Source: a virus
DNA length: 29,410 nucleotides
Direction: 5' to 3' (one strand)
Virus genome (UHGV): UHGV-0009628
In this document: positions 7,554 through 16,676 of the stretch, one piece after another
Position numbering within the stretch: the stretch's first letter is position 1
Layout: each line of letters opens with the position of its first letter
Translations under genes and position numbers: made by a program
Notes under the pieces: model-generated
Databases searched by the model: none
Told to the model about the DNA's origin: nothing
What the model saw: only the letters and a program-made list of their open reading frames with translations

Positions 7554-8196
7554 TCCGATGTTTATTTTAGGTGAGGGTTCTGGTGAGTTCTCACCTAGTT
7601 TGCTTTTTATCAAGAAGGATAATGAAGAAGGCCTGAGTGCTACTCATGCAGTTAAGGATATTAATACGATAATTGAAGTAGCTAGTTCTAATATTGTTGA
7701 TGCAATACGGCATCCACCTGAAACGCCTATTTTATCGTCATCACTTATTACGGCTCTTATTAGTACTATTTGTGCGGCCACTGCCGCATTTGCATATAAT
7801 AAAGTCCATTGGCGTTCTGTTGTTAAACGGGAGACTAAAACCAAACTCCTGGAGAGTATTTCAGATGTGGTTAATGAGTTGCGTTCTGATGCTATTAGTT
7901 ATTGGTTGAAGGGGTATTCAAAAAAGTCGGCGAAGTCTCTCTTAGAAGAGGAAATGAGAATTAAGGCGAGTTTAAATATAATAAATTCGACTATAACAAT
8001 ATATGTTCAGCAAGAGTCGCGATGGAAAAGAAAGGATATTGAAGCTCAGTTAAGGGTTTTTCATGACGAACTTTTTGATATTATAACAGGTGATGATTTT
8101 GAGTCTCAGGCAAGGAAGCAGGATAAGGCAAAGGTTTCTGCTATTTCTACAAAGTGTGTGGCTTTTCGCGTTTTATTAAATACCATCAAGTTTTAA
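7534..8196 (+). CDS. Cargo ORF3: single-pass membrane protein, candidate effector
   Basis: 220 aa; overlaps ORF2 by 20 nt; one hydrophobic stretch PILSSSLITALISTICAATAAFAY (aa 65-88) followed by a charged, likely helical C-terminal region. No recognisable catalytic motif. Start could be 7558 instead. Confidence 0.5.
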   Translation: MSQQSNNPMFILGEGSGEFSPSLLFIKKDNEEGLSATHAVKDINTIIEVASSNIVDAIRHPPETPILSSSLITALISTICAATAAFAYNKVHWRSVVKRETKTKLLESISDVVNELRSDAISYWLKGYSKKSAKSLLEEEMRIKASLNIINSTITIYVQQESRWKRKDIEAQLRVFHDELFDIITGDDFESQARKQDKAKVSAISTKCVAFRVLLNTIKF

Positions 8197-8328
8197 GATA
8201 GCCATGCATGAGTTTGGTGCATGAAAATGCATGAGGTTTTACGAATTATTTTGGCTAAAATCAGCCTGCCCTGACTGGCTACGGCAGATATCATGCACCT
8301 GCATTAAAACCGCCCCATGAAGCGGGCG

Positions 8329-8347
8329 GGCGAGGCGGGGAAAGCAC
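8329..8347. other. cos site (19-nt cohesive-end sequence of P2 type)
   Basis: GGCGAGGCGGGGAAAGCAC at 8329-8347 matches my recollection of the P2 cohesive end; lies about 170 bp from the 3' end of Q as in P2. A GC hairpin CCGCCC-N8-GGGCGG (8310-8329) abuts it. Confidence 0.6.
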
Positions 8348-8489
8348 TGCGCGCTGGCGGTGGTGCTGATTTTATTTTTTCAGCGTCTGAGTGCGTCGTG
8401 AAGGCGTTTACTTGGCCTGCCAGGGCGTCGGTGTGTCTGCGGGCTGTTTTGCGCGGTGGTGAGCGTGTGAGGGCGTGATGGCGGGTTGT

Positions 8490-8511
8490 AAAAAAGCCGC
8501 CCGCAGGCGGC
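8490..8511 (-). terminator. Rho-independent terminator downstream of Q (minus strand)
   Basis: On the minus strand, GCCGCC-TGCG-GGCGGC hairpin followed by TTTTTT, immediately 3' of the Q stop at 8517. Confidence 0.7.
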
Positions 8512-8516
8512 GATGT

Positions 8517-9551
8517 TCAGCCGTTGTCAGTGTCCAGTGAGTAGTTTTTAAAGCGGATGACCTCCTGACCGAGCCAGCCGTTTATTTCCCGAATCCTGTC
8601 CTGTAACGGGATAAGCTCATTGCGGACAAAGACCTTTGCCACTTTTTCAATATCACCCAGTGACCCGACGTTCTCCGGCTTGCCCCCCATCAACTGAAAG
8701 GGGATGCGGTGCGCGTCCAGCAGGTCAGCGGCGCTGGCTTTTTTGATATTAAAAAAATCGTCCTTCGTCGCCACTTCACTGAGGGGGATAATTTTAATGC
8801 CGTCGGCTTTCCCCTGTGGGGCATAGAGAAACAGGTTTTTAAAGTTGTTGCGGCCTTTCGACTTCACCATGTTTTCGCGGAGCATTTCGATATCGTTGCG
8901 ATCCTGCACGGCATCAGTGACGTACATGATATATCCGGCATGAGCGCCGTTTTCGTAATACTTGCGGCGGAACAGCGTGGCCGACTCATTCAGCCAGGCA
9001 GAATTAAGGGCGCTGAGATATTCCGGCAGGCCGTACAACTCCTGATTAATATCCGGCTCCAGCAGGTGAAACACGGAACCGGGCGCGAAGGCTGTCGGCT
9101 CGTTGAAGGACGGCACCCACCAGTAAACATCCTCTTCCACACCACGGCGGGTATATTTTGCCGGTGAGGTTTCCAGTCTGATGACCTTACCGGTGGTGCT
9201 GTAACGCTTTTCCAGAAACGCATTACCGAACACCAGAAAATCCAGCACAAAGCGGCTGAAATCCTGCTGGGAAAGCCACGGATGCGGGATAAATGTCGAG
9301 GCCAGAATATTGCGTTTGACGTAAATCGGGGAGCTGTGATGCACGGCAGCACGCAGGCTTTTTGCCAGACCGGTAAAGCTGACCGGTGGCTCATACCATC
9401 TGCCGTTACTGATGCACTCGACGTAATCCAGAATGTCACGGCGGTCGAGTACCGGCACCGGCTCACCAAAGGTGAATGCTTCCATTTTCGGGGCGCTGGC
9501 GGTCATTGTTTTTGCCGCAGGTTGCGGTGTTTTCCCTTTTTTCTTGCTCAT
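8517..9551 (-). CDS. Q: Portal protein
   Basis: 344 aa, same length and position as P2 Q; ATG overlaps the P stop (ATGA). Confidence 0.9.
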   Translation of the reverse strand: MSKKKGKTPQPAAKTMTASAPKMEAFTFGEPVPVLDRRDILDYVECISNGRWYEPPVSFTGLAKSLRAAVHHSSPIYVKRNILASTFIPHPWLSQQDFSRFVLDFLVFGNAFLEKRYSTTGKVIRLETSPAKYTRRGVEEDVYWWVPSFNEPTAFAPGSVFHLLEPDINQELYGLPEYLSALNSAWLNESATLFRRKYYENGAHAGYIMYVTDAVQDRNDIEMLRENMVKSKGRNNFKNLFLYAPQGKADGIKIIPLSEVATKDDFFNIKKASAADLLDAHRIPFQLMGGKPENVGSLGDIEKVAKVFVRNELIPLQDRIREINGWLGQEVIRFKNYSLDTDNG

Positions 9552-11323
9552 CAGTAAAACTCCAGAATGGTGGATGTCAGCGGGGTGCTGATACCGGCGG
9601 TGAGTGGCTCATTTAACAGGGCGTGCATGGTCGCCCAGGCGAGGTCGGCGTGGCTGGCTTCCTCGCTGCGGCTGGCCTCATAGGTGGCACTGCGTCCGCT
9701 GCTGGTCATGGTCTTGCGGATAGCCATAAACGAGCTGGTGATGTCGGTGGCGCTGACGTCATATTCCAGACAGCCACGGCGGATAACGTCTTTTGCCTTG
9801 AGCACCATTGCGGTTTTCATTTCCGGCGTGTAGCGGATGTCGCGCGCGGCAGGATAGAACGAGCGCACGAGCTGGAACACGCCGACACCGAGGCCGGTGG
9901 CATCAATACCGATGTATTCGACGTTGTATTTTTCGGTGAGTTTGCGGATGGATTCCGCCTGGGTGGCAAAGTCCATGCCTTTCCACTGGTGACGCTCAAG
10001 TATTCTGAATTTGCCACCGGCAACCACCGGCGGTGCCAGTACCACGCATCCGGCGCTGTCGCCACGGTGTGACGGGTCGTAACCAATCCAGACCGGGCGT
10101 GAGCCGAACGGATTGGCGGCAAACGGCGCATAGTCTTCCCATTCTTCCAGCGTGTCGACCATGCAGCGTTGCAACTCCTCGAACGGGAACACCGACGCCT
10201 TGTCGTCAACAAATTCACACATGAACAGGTTTTTAAAATCGTCGGCGCTGTTTTCGCGTTTGAGCTGCTCAATGTCGAACAGCGTGCAGCCGCCTTTCAG
10301 GGCGTCCTCAATGGTGACAATCTGCCGCCACTGGCCGTCCGCACAGAGAAGACCTCCGGCAAGTGCGTTATGACTGACGTCGATTTCCACGCGTTCAGCG
10401 GCGCTGGCGCGTCCCCGGTTAAACAGTTCACCCGACCAGAACGGGTAGGCGTCGTGCGCCAGCGTGGACGGGGTGGAGAAATAGGTCGAACGCAGGTGAC
10501 TCTGTGAGGCCATGCCTGATGCCACCTTACGCAGTACCTGAAAATTCGGGATCCAGAAAATCTCATCGACGTACAGGTCGCCGTTATGGCTCTGCGCGGT
10601 GTTGGAGTTGGTGCCGAGAAAAATCAGTTTTGCGCCATTATTGCCCAGGACAATCGGGTCACCGGTCAGGTCAACGTCAACCAGACGGGCAAAGGCGATG
10701 ATGTATTCGCGGAACACATACGCCTGCGTTTTACTGGCCGACAGAAAAATCTGGTTATGGCCGGTTTTCAGGGCGCGCAGCAGCGCCTCGCGGGAAAAAT
10801 AAAACGTCGCGCCAATCTGGCGGGATTTCAGGATATCGCGGATGCGGTGCTCAAGCCCGGCGCGATACCAGTGCAACTGATATTCGAAAGACTGCTCAAA
10901 GAAAATCTGCTCCAGCTTTTCGATGGCTTCGTCACTGAAAAAATTCTTTTTCGGTTTGCGACGCCCGCCTTTGTTGCGGTTAGCGACGTTCGGATTAAGG
11001 TCTGCCTCGTTGCCGGTCTGGCTGTAACGGTTGACCCGTGCCAGCCGTTCAATCTGGCGTCCGAGCAGGTCAATTTCCTTGAAGTCACCGCCGGTTTTCT
11101 GCGGTTTGATGATGAGCTGGGTCAGCCGCGCTTCCAGACTCATTTCGACACGGCTGATGGGGGCAACGCTGTCCCAGCCGTCGCGCTGTTTCCAGCTCTG
11201 CACCGTCGGGCGTTTCATCTGCAACATGGCGGCAATCTGCGGCACGGAAAACCCCTGCCAGTACAGCAGCGCCGCCTGACGACGTGGGTCGTGTAAAAGA
11301 GTGGTGTCTGTGGTGATGGTCAT
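9551..11323 (-). CDS. P: Terminase large (ATPase) subunit
   Basis: 590 aa from ATG at 11323 with GAGG SD (track start 11353 is TTG); N-terminus MTITTDTTLL; same length and position as P2 P, divergent from O. Confidence 0.9.
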   Translation of the reverse strand: MTITTDTTLLHDPRRQAALLYWQGFSVPQIAAMLQMKRPTVQSWKQRDGWDSVAPISRVEMSLEARLTQLIIKPQKTGGDFKEIDLLGRQIERLARVNRYSQTGNEADLNPNVANRNKGGRRKPKKNFFSDEAIEKLEQIFFEQSFEYQLHWYRAGLEHRIRDILKSRQIGATFYFSREALLRALKTGHNQIFLSASKTQAYVFREYIIAFARLVDVDLTGDPIVLGNNGAKLIFLGTNSNTAQSHNGDLYVDEIFWIPNFQVLRKVASGMASQSHLRSTYFSTPSTLAHDAYPFWSGELFNRGRASAAERVEIDVSHNALAGGLLCADGQWRQIVTIEDALKGGCTLFDIEQLKRENSADDFKNLFMCEFVDDKASVFPFEELQRCMVDTLEEWEDYAPFAANPFGSRPVWIGYDPSHRGDSAGCVVLAPPVVAGGKFRILERHQWKGMDFATQAESIRKLTEKYNVEYIGIDATGLGVGVFQLVRSFYPAARDIRYTPEMKTAMVLKAKDVIRRGCLEYDVSATDITSSFMAIRKTMTSSGRSATYEASRSEEASHADLAWATMHALLNEPLTAGISTPLTSTILEFY

Positions 11324-11353
11324 GAATACCTCGCCGTGATGAATACACGGCAA

Positions 11354-11496
11354 GGCTACTGAGTCGCGCCCCGCGATTCGCTAAGGTGCTGTTGTGTCAG
11401 TGATAAGCCATCCGGGACTGATGGCGGAGGATGCGCATCGTCGGGAAACTGATGCCGACATGTGACTCCTCTAATCACTATTCAGGACTCCTGACA
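11354..11496. promoter_or_regulatory. Divergent late-promoter region between P and O (expected Ogr-dependent promoters); dyad TCAGT-N15-ACTGA at 11397-11421
   Basis: Position by synteny with P2; dyad read from sequence. No exact TGT-N12-ACA element found. Confidence 0.3.
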
Positions 11497-12351
11497 ATGG
11501 CAAAAAAAGTCTCAAAATTCTTTCGTATCGGCGTTGAGGGTGACACCTGTGACGGGCGTGTCATCAGTGCGCAGGATATTCAGGAAATGGCCGAAACCTT
11601 TGACCCGCGAGTCTATGGTTGCCGCATTAACCTGGAACATCTGCGCGGCATCCTGCCTGACGGTATTTTTAAGCGTTATGGCGATGTGGCCGAACTGAAG
11701 GCCGAAAAGATTGACGATGATTCGGCGCTGAAAGGCAAATGGGCGCTGTTTGCGAAAATTACCCCGACCGATGACCTTATCGCGATGAACAAGGCCGCGC
11801 AGAAGGTCTATACCTCAATGGAAATTCAGCCGAACTTTGCCAATACCGGCAAATGTTATCTGGTGGGTCTGGCCGTCACCGATGACCCGGCAAGCCTCGG
11901 CACGGAATACCTGGAATTCTGCCGCACGGCAAAACACAACCCCCTGAACCGCTTCAAATTAAGCCCTGAAAACCTGATTTCAGTGGCAACGCCCGTTGAG
12001 CTGGAATTTGAAGACCTGCCTGAAACCGTGTTCACCGCCCTGACCGAAAAGGTGAAGTCCATTTTTGGCCGCAAACAGGCCAGCGATGACGCCCGTCTGA
12101 ATGACGTGCATGAAGCGGTGACCGCTGTTGCTGAACATGTGCAGGAAAAACTGAGCGCCACTGAGCAGCGCCTCGCTGAGATGGAAACCGCTTTTTCCGC
12201 ACTTAAGCAGGATGTGACTGACAGGGCGGATGAAACCAGCCAGGCATTCACCCGCCTGAAAAACAGTCTCGACCACACCGAAAGTCTGACCCAGCAGCGC
12301 CGCAGCAAGGCCACCGGCGGTGGCGGTGACGCCCTGATGACGAACTGCTGA
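11497..12351 (+). CDS. O: Capsid scaffolding protein
   Basis: 284 aa from ATG at 11497 with AGGA SD; N-terminus MAKKVSKFFRIGVEGDTCDGR matches P2 gpO as I recall it (track start 11431 gives 306 aa). Confidence 0.9.
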   Translation: MAKKVSKFFRIGVEGDTCDGRVISAQDIQEMAETFDPRVYGCRINLEHLRGILPDGIFKRYGDVAELKAEKIDDDSALKGKWALFAKITPTDDLIAMNKAAQKVYTSMEIQPNFANTGKCYLVGLAVTDDPASLGTEYLEFCRTAKHNPLNRFKLSPENLISVATPVELEFEDLPETVFTALTEKVKSIFGRKQASDDARLNDVHEAVTAVAEHVQEKLSATEQRLAEMETAFSALKQDVTDRADETSQAFTRLKNSLDHTESLTQQRRSKATGGGGDALMTNC

Positions 12352-12409
12352 CCGGCGTCAGTCAGTCCGGGAAAACCTTCACGATTAACCCTTAATTTCA
12401 GGAAAAACT

Positions 12410-13483
12410 ATGCGCCAGGAAACCCGCTTTAAATTTAATGCCTACCTGTCCCGTGTTGCCGAACTGAACGGCATCGACGCCGGTGATGTGTCGAAAAAAT
12501 TCACCGTTGAACCGTCGGTCACCCAGACCCTGATGAACACCATGCAGGAGTCCTCTGACTTTCTGACCCGCATCAACATTGTGCCGGTCAGCGAAATGAA
12601 AGGGGAAAAAATTGGCATCGGTGTCACCGGCTCCATCGCCAGCACCACCGACACCGCCGGTGGCACCGAGCGTCAGCCGAAGGACTTCTCGAAGCTGGCG
12701 TCAAACAAGTACGAATGCGACCAGATTAACTTCGATTTTTATATCCGCTACAAAACGCTGGACCTGTGGGCGCGTTATCAGGATTTCCAGCTCCGTGTCC
12801 GTAACGCCATTATCAAACGCCAGTCCCTTGATTTAATCATGGCCGGTTTTAACGGCGTGAGGCGTGCCGAAACCTCTGACCGCAGCAGCAATCCGATGCT
12901 GCAGGATGTGGCGGTCGGCTGGCTGCAGAAATACCGCAATGAAGCCCCGGTGCGCGTGATGAGCAAGGTCACTGACGAGGAAGGGCACACCACCTCTGAG
13001 GTTATCCGCGTGGGTAAGGGCGGTGATTATGCCAGCCTTGACGCACTGGTGATGGATGCGACCAACAACCTGATTGAGCCGTGGTATCAGGAAGACCCTG
13101 ACCTTGTGGTGATTGTGGGACGTCAGCTACTGGCGGACAAGTATTTTCCCATCGTCAACAAGGAGCAGGACAACAGCGAGATGCTGGCTGCTGACGTCAT
13201 CATCAGCCAGAAACGCATCGGTAACCTGCCGGCGGTACGCGTCCCGTACTTCCCGGCGGATGCGATGCTCATCACGAAGCTGGAAAACCTGTCCATCTAC
13301 TACATGGATGACAGCCATCGCCGCGTGATTGTGGAAAACCCGAAACTCGACCGCGTGGAGAACTACGAGTCAATGAACATTGATTACGTGGTGGAAGACT
13401 ACGCCGCCGGTTGTCTGGTGGAAAAAATTAAGGTCGGTGACTTCTCCACACCGACTAAAGTGACCGCAGAGCCGGGAGCGTAA
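12410..13483 (+). CDS. N: Major capsid protein
   Basis: 357 aa, same length and position as P2 N. Confidence 0.92.
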   Translation: MRQETRFKFNAYLSRVAELNGIDAGDVSKKFTVEPSVTQTLMNTMQESSDFLTRINIVPVSEMKGEKIGIGVTGSIASTTDTAGGTERQPKDFSKLASNKYECDQINFDFYIRYKTLDLWARYQDFQLRVRNAIIKRQSLDLIMAGFNGVRRAETSDRSSNPMLQDVAVGWLQKYRNEAPVRVMSKVTDEEGHTTSEVIRVGKGGDYASLDALVMDATNNLIEPWYQEDPDLVVIVGRQLLADKYFPIVNKEQDNSEMLAADVIISQKRIGNLPAVRVPYFPADAMLITKLENLSIYYMDDSHRRVIVENPKLDRVENYESMNIDYVVEDYAAGCLVEKIKVGDFSTPTKVTAEPGA

Positions 13484-13486
13484 CCG

Positions 13487-14230
13487 ATGACGAGTCCCGC
13501 ACAGCGCCACATGATGCGGGTCTCGGCAGCGATGACCGCGCAGCGGGACGCCGCCCCGCTGCGACATGCAACTGTCTATGAGCAGATGCTGGTCAAGCTG
13601 GCCGCAGACCAGCGCACACTGAAAGCGATTTATTCAAAAGAGCTGAAGGCCGCGAAAAAACGCGAACTGCTGCCGTTCTGGTTGCCGTGGGTGAACGGCG
13701 TGCTGGAGCAGGGCAAAGGTGCACAGGATGACATTCTGATGACGGTCATGCTGTGGCGTCTGGATACCGGCGATATTGCCGGTGCGCTGGAGATTGCCCG
13801 TTATGCCCTGAAGTACGGTCTGACCATGCCGGGTAAACACCGCCGCACCCCGCCGTACATGTTCACCGAGGAGGTCGCGCTCGCGGCCATGCGCGCCCAC
13901 GCTGCCGGTGAATCTGTGGATACCCGCCTGCTGACGGAAACCCTTGAACTGACCGCCACGGCAGACATGCCTGATGAAGTGCGCGCAAAGCTGCACAAAA
14001 TCACCGGTCTGTTTCTGCGTGACGGTGGTGATGCCGCCGGTGCGCTGGCTCACCTGCAACGTGCGACACAGCTCGACTGTCAGGCAGGCGTCAAAAAAGA
14101 GATTGAGCGACTGGAGCGGGAGCTGAAACCGAAGCCGGAGCCGCAGCCCAAAGCGGCCACCCGTGCCCCGCGTAAGACCCGGAGCGTGACACCGGCAAAA
14201 CGTGGACGCCCGAAAAAGAAAGCCAGTTAA
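13487..14230 (+). CDS. M: Terminase small (endonuclease) subunit
   Basis: 247 aa, same length and position as P2 M; basic Lys/Pro-rich C-terminus. Confidence 0.9.
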   Translation: MTSPAQRHMMRVSAAMTAQRDAAPLRHATVYEQMLVKLAADQRTLKAIYSKELKAAKKRELLPFWLPWVNGVLEQGKGAQDDILMTVMLWRLDTGDIAGALEIARYALKYGLTMPGKHRRTPPYMFTEEVALAAMRAHAAGESVDTRLLTETLELTATADMPDEVRAKLHKITGLFLRDGGDAAGALAHLQRATQLDCQAGVKKEIERLERELKPKPEPQPKAATRAPRKTRSVTPAKRGRPKKKAS

Positions 14231-14328
14231 CAACGAATGCGCCCCGCGCCAGGGCGGCACGCCGGTCAGTGAGGGTGAATCACCTGACACTGTACCGGCG
14301 TCCACCGCCCGACTTTTCAGAGGTGGTC

Positions 14329-14838
14329 ATGATGACGCTGATTATTCCGCGAAAGGAGGCTCCTGTATCCGGTGAGGGTACGGTGGTCATCCCGCAACCG
14401 GCAGGCGACGAGCCGGTGATTAAAAACACGTTCTTTTTTCCCGATATCGACCCGAAGCGCGTCCGGGAACGTATGCGCCTTGAGCAGACCGTCGCCCCCG
14501 CCCGTCTGCGTGAGGCCATCAAGTCAGGCATGGCGGAGACGAATGCGGAGCTGTACGAGTACCGCGAACAGAAAATTGCCGCCGGTTTTACGCGTCTGGC
14601 GGAGGTCCCGGCGGACGATATCGACGGTGAAAGCATCAAAGTTTTTTACTACGAGCGCGCCGTGTGTGCGATGGCGACCGCGTCGCTTTATGAGCGTTAT
14701 CGCGGCGTGGATGCCAGTGCCAAAGGCGACAAGAAGGCTGACAGCATTGACAGCACCATTGATGAGCTGTGGCGGGATATGCGCTGGGCGGTGGCGCGTA
14801 TCCAGGACAAGCCGCGCTGCATCGTGAGTCAAATCTGA
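14329..14838 (+). CDS. L: Head completion/stabilisation protein
   Basis: 169 aa from ATG at 14329 with GAGG SD (track start 14269 is GTG); same length and position as P2 L. Confidence 0.88.
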   Translation: MMTLIIPRKEAPVSGEGTVVIPQPAGDEPVIKNTFFFPDIDPKRVRERMRLEQTVAPARLREAIKSGMAETNAELYEYREQKIAAGFTRLAEVPADDIDGESIKVFYYERAVCAMATASLYERYRGVDASAKGDKKADSIDSTIDELWRDMRWAVARIQDKPRCIVSQI

Positions 14839-15041
14839 TGAAGACCTTTGCGCTACAGGGCGACACGCTCGACGCCATTTGTGTCCGGTATTACGGGCGC
14901 ACTGAGGGCGTGGTTGAGACCGTGCTCGCCGCAAATCCGGGACTGGCTGAACTGGGCGCGGTGCTGCCGCACGGCACCGCCGTCGAACTGCCCGACGTTC
15001 AGACCGCGCCCGTGGCTGAAACTGTCAATCTGTGGGAGTAA
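14838..15041 (+). CDS. X: Tail protein X
   Basis: 67 aa from ATG at 14838 (TGATG overlap with L stop); N-terminus MKTFALQGDTLDAICVRYYGRTEG; same length and position as P2 X. Confidence 0.85.
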   Translation: MKTFALQGDTLDAICVRYYGRTEGVVETVLAANPGLAELGAVLPHGTAVELPDVQTAPVAETVNLWE

Positions 15042-15044
15042 CGC

Positions 15045-15326
15045 ATGACAGCAGAAGAAAAAAGCGTCCTGTCGCTTTTCATGATTGGGGTGCTGATTGT
15101 TGTCGGCAAGGTGCTTGCCGGTGGTGAACCCATCACCCCGCGTCTGTTTATCGGGCGCATGTTGCTCGGTGGTTTTGTCTCGATGGTTGCCGGTGTTGTT
15201 CTGGTGCAGTTTCCTGACCTGTCACTGCCTGCGGTGTGCGGTATCGGCTCCATGCTGGGTATCGCCGGTTATCAGGTGATTGAGATTGCCATTCAGCGCC
15301 GCTTTAAGGGCAGGGGGAAACCGTAA
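15045..15326 (+). CDS. Y: Holin
   Basis: 93 aa with multiple hydrophobic segments and a charged C-terminus; first gene of the lysis cassette as in P2. Confidence 0.88.
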   Translation: MTAEEKSVLSLFMIGVLIVVGKVLAGGEPITPRLFIGRMLLGGFVSMVAGVVLVQFPDLSLPAVCGIGSMLGIAGYQVIEIAIQRRFKGRGKP

Positions 15327-15823
15327 TGCCGGTTATTAACACGCATCAGAATATCGCCGCCTTTCTCGACATGCTGGCCGTGTCCGAAGGGACGGCAAAC
15401 CATCCGCTGACGAAAAACCGGGGCTATGACGTGATAGTCACCGGACTGGACGGGAAGCCGGAAATTTTTACCGACTACAGTGACCACCCGTTCGCACATG
15501 GCCGACCGGCGAAGGTGTTTAACCGTCGCGGTGAAAAATCCACGGCCTCCGGTCGTTATCAGCAGCTTTACCTGTTCTGGCCGCATTACCGCAAACAGCT
15601 TGCCCTGCCGGATTTCAGTCCGTTGTCACAGGACAGACTTGCCATTCAGTTGATCCGCGAACGCGGTGCACTGGATGACATCCGGGCGGGACGTATTGAG
15701 CGCGCCATTTCACGCTGTCGCAATATCTGGGCGTCCCTGCCGGGTGCCGGTTACGGTCAGCGTGAGCATTCACTGGAAAAACTGGTCACCGTCTGGCGTA
15801 CCGCCGGCGGCGTACCGGCATAA
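15326..15823 (+). CDS. K: Endolysin (lysozyme)
   Basis: 165 aa, TAATG coupling with Y; same length and position as P2 K. Confidence 0.88.
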   Translation: MPVINTHQNIAAFLDMLAVSEGTANHPLTKNRGYDVIVTGLDGKPEIFTDYSDHPFAHGRPAKVFNRRGEKSTASGRYQQLYLFWPHYRKQLALPDFSPLSQDRLAIQLIRERGALDDIRAGRIERAISRCRNIWASLPGAGYGQREHSLEKLVTVWRTAGGVPA

Positions 15824-15837
15824 ACGGAGTAAACACC

Positions 15838-16263
15838 ATGAAGAAATTATCCCTTTCACTGATGCTGAACGTGTCGCTGGCGCTGATGCTGGCACTGTCC
15901 CTGATTTACCCGAAGAGCGTGGCCGTCAGTTTTGTCGCCGCCTGGGCGATTCTGGCGACGGTTATCTGTGCGGTTGCCGGTGGTGTCGGCGTGTATGCCA
16001 CTGAGTATGTGCTGGAACGCTACGGGCGGGAGCTGCCACCGGAATCGCTGGCCGTGAAGATTGTCACGTCGCTGTTTTTGCAGCCGGTGCCGTGGCGCAG
16101 ACGGGCAGTAGCTCTGGTGGTGATGGTGGCGACATTTATCTCGCTGGTCGCTGCCGGGTGGATTTTTACCGCGCTGATTTATCTCGTGGCATCGGTGTTC
16201 TTCCGACTGATACGTACGGCCTGCCGTCAGCGTTTTGAGGGGCGGGAACCATGTCAAGGCTGA
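15838..16263 (+). CDS. lysA: Lysis accessory membrane protein LysA
   Basis: 141 aa, several hydrophobic helices; same length and position as P2 LysA. Confidence 0.85.
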   Translation: MKKLSLSLMLNVSLALMLALSLIYPKSVAVSFVAAWAILATVICAVAGGVGVYATEYVLERYGRELPPESLAVKIVTSLFLQPVPWRRRAVALVVMVATFISLVAAGWIFTALIYLVASVFFRLIRTACRQRFEGREPCQG

Positions 16264-16676
16264 TGATTGTGCTGGTCGTGTTGTTATCGCTGGCGGTGGC
16301 CGGTCTGTTTCTGGTGAAACACAAAAATGCCAGCCTGCGCGCCTCGCTGGACAGGGCGAACAACGTCGCCAGCGGTCAGCAGACGACCATCACCATGCTG
16401 AAAAATCAGCTTCATGTTGCGCTCACCAGGGCAGATAAAAACGAGCTGGCGCAGGTGGCACTGCGTCAGGAACTGGAGAACGCCGCGAAACGTGAAGCAC
16501 AGCGCGAGAAAACCATCACGAGGTTACTGAATGAAAACGAAGATTTTCGCCGCTGGTACGGTGCTGACCTGCCTGATGCTGTGCGCCGGTTGCACCAGCG
16601 CCCGGCCTGCACCGACGCCAGTGATTGTCCACAACGCCTGCCCGAAAGTGAGCCTTTGCCCGATGCCGGGCAGTGA
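16251..16676 (+). CDS. lysB: Rz-like inner-membrane spanin subunit LysB
   Basis: 141 aa, N-terminal TM segment then charged coiled-coil-like region; same length and position as P2 LysB. Confidence 0.85.
   Translation: MSRLMIVLVVLLSLAVAGLFLVKHKNASLRASLDRANNVASGQQTTITMLKNQLHVALTRADKNELAQVALRQELENAAKREAQREKTITRLLNENEDFRRWYGADLPDAVRRLHQRPACTDASDCPQRLPESEPLPDAGQ

Noticed and set aside
8204-8235. Direct repeat ATGCATGAG (8204-8212 and 8227-8235) downstream of cargo ORF3
   Set aside because: Short repeat in AT-rich DNA, easily chance; no associated ORF or clear promoter context.
10586-11296. 236-aa plus-strand ORF
   Set aside because: Lies entirely antisense within terminase gene P; long shadow ORFs are expected in GC-rich coding DNA, and it has no P2 counterpart.
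13634-14305. 223-aa minus-strand ORF
   Set aside because: Antisense to M and the start of L; shadow ORF in GC-rich sequence.
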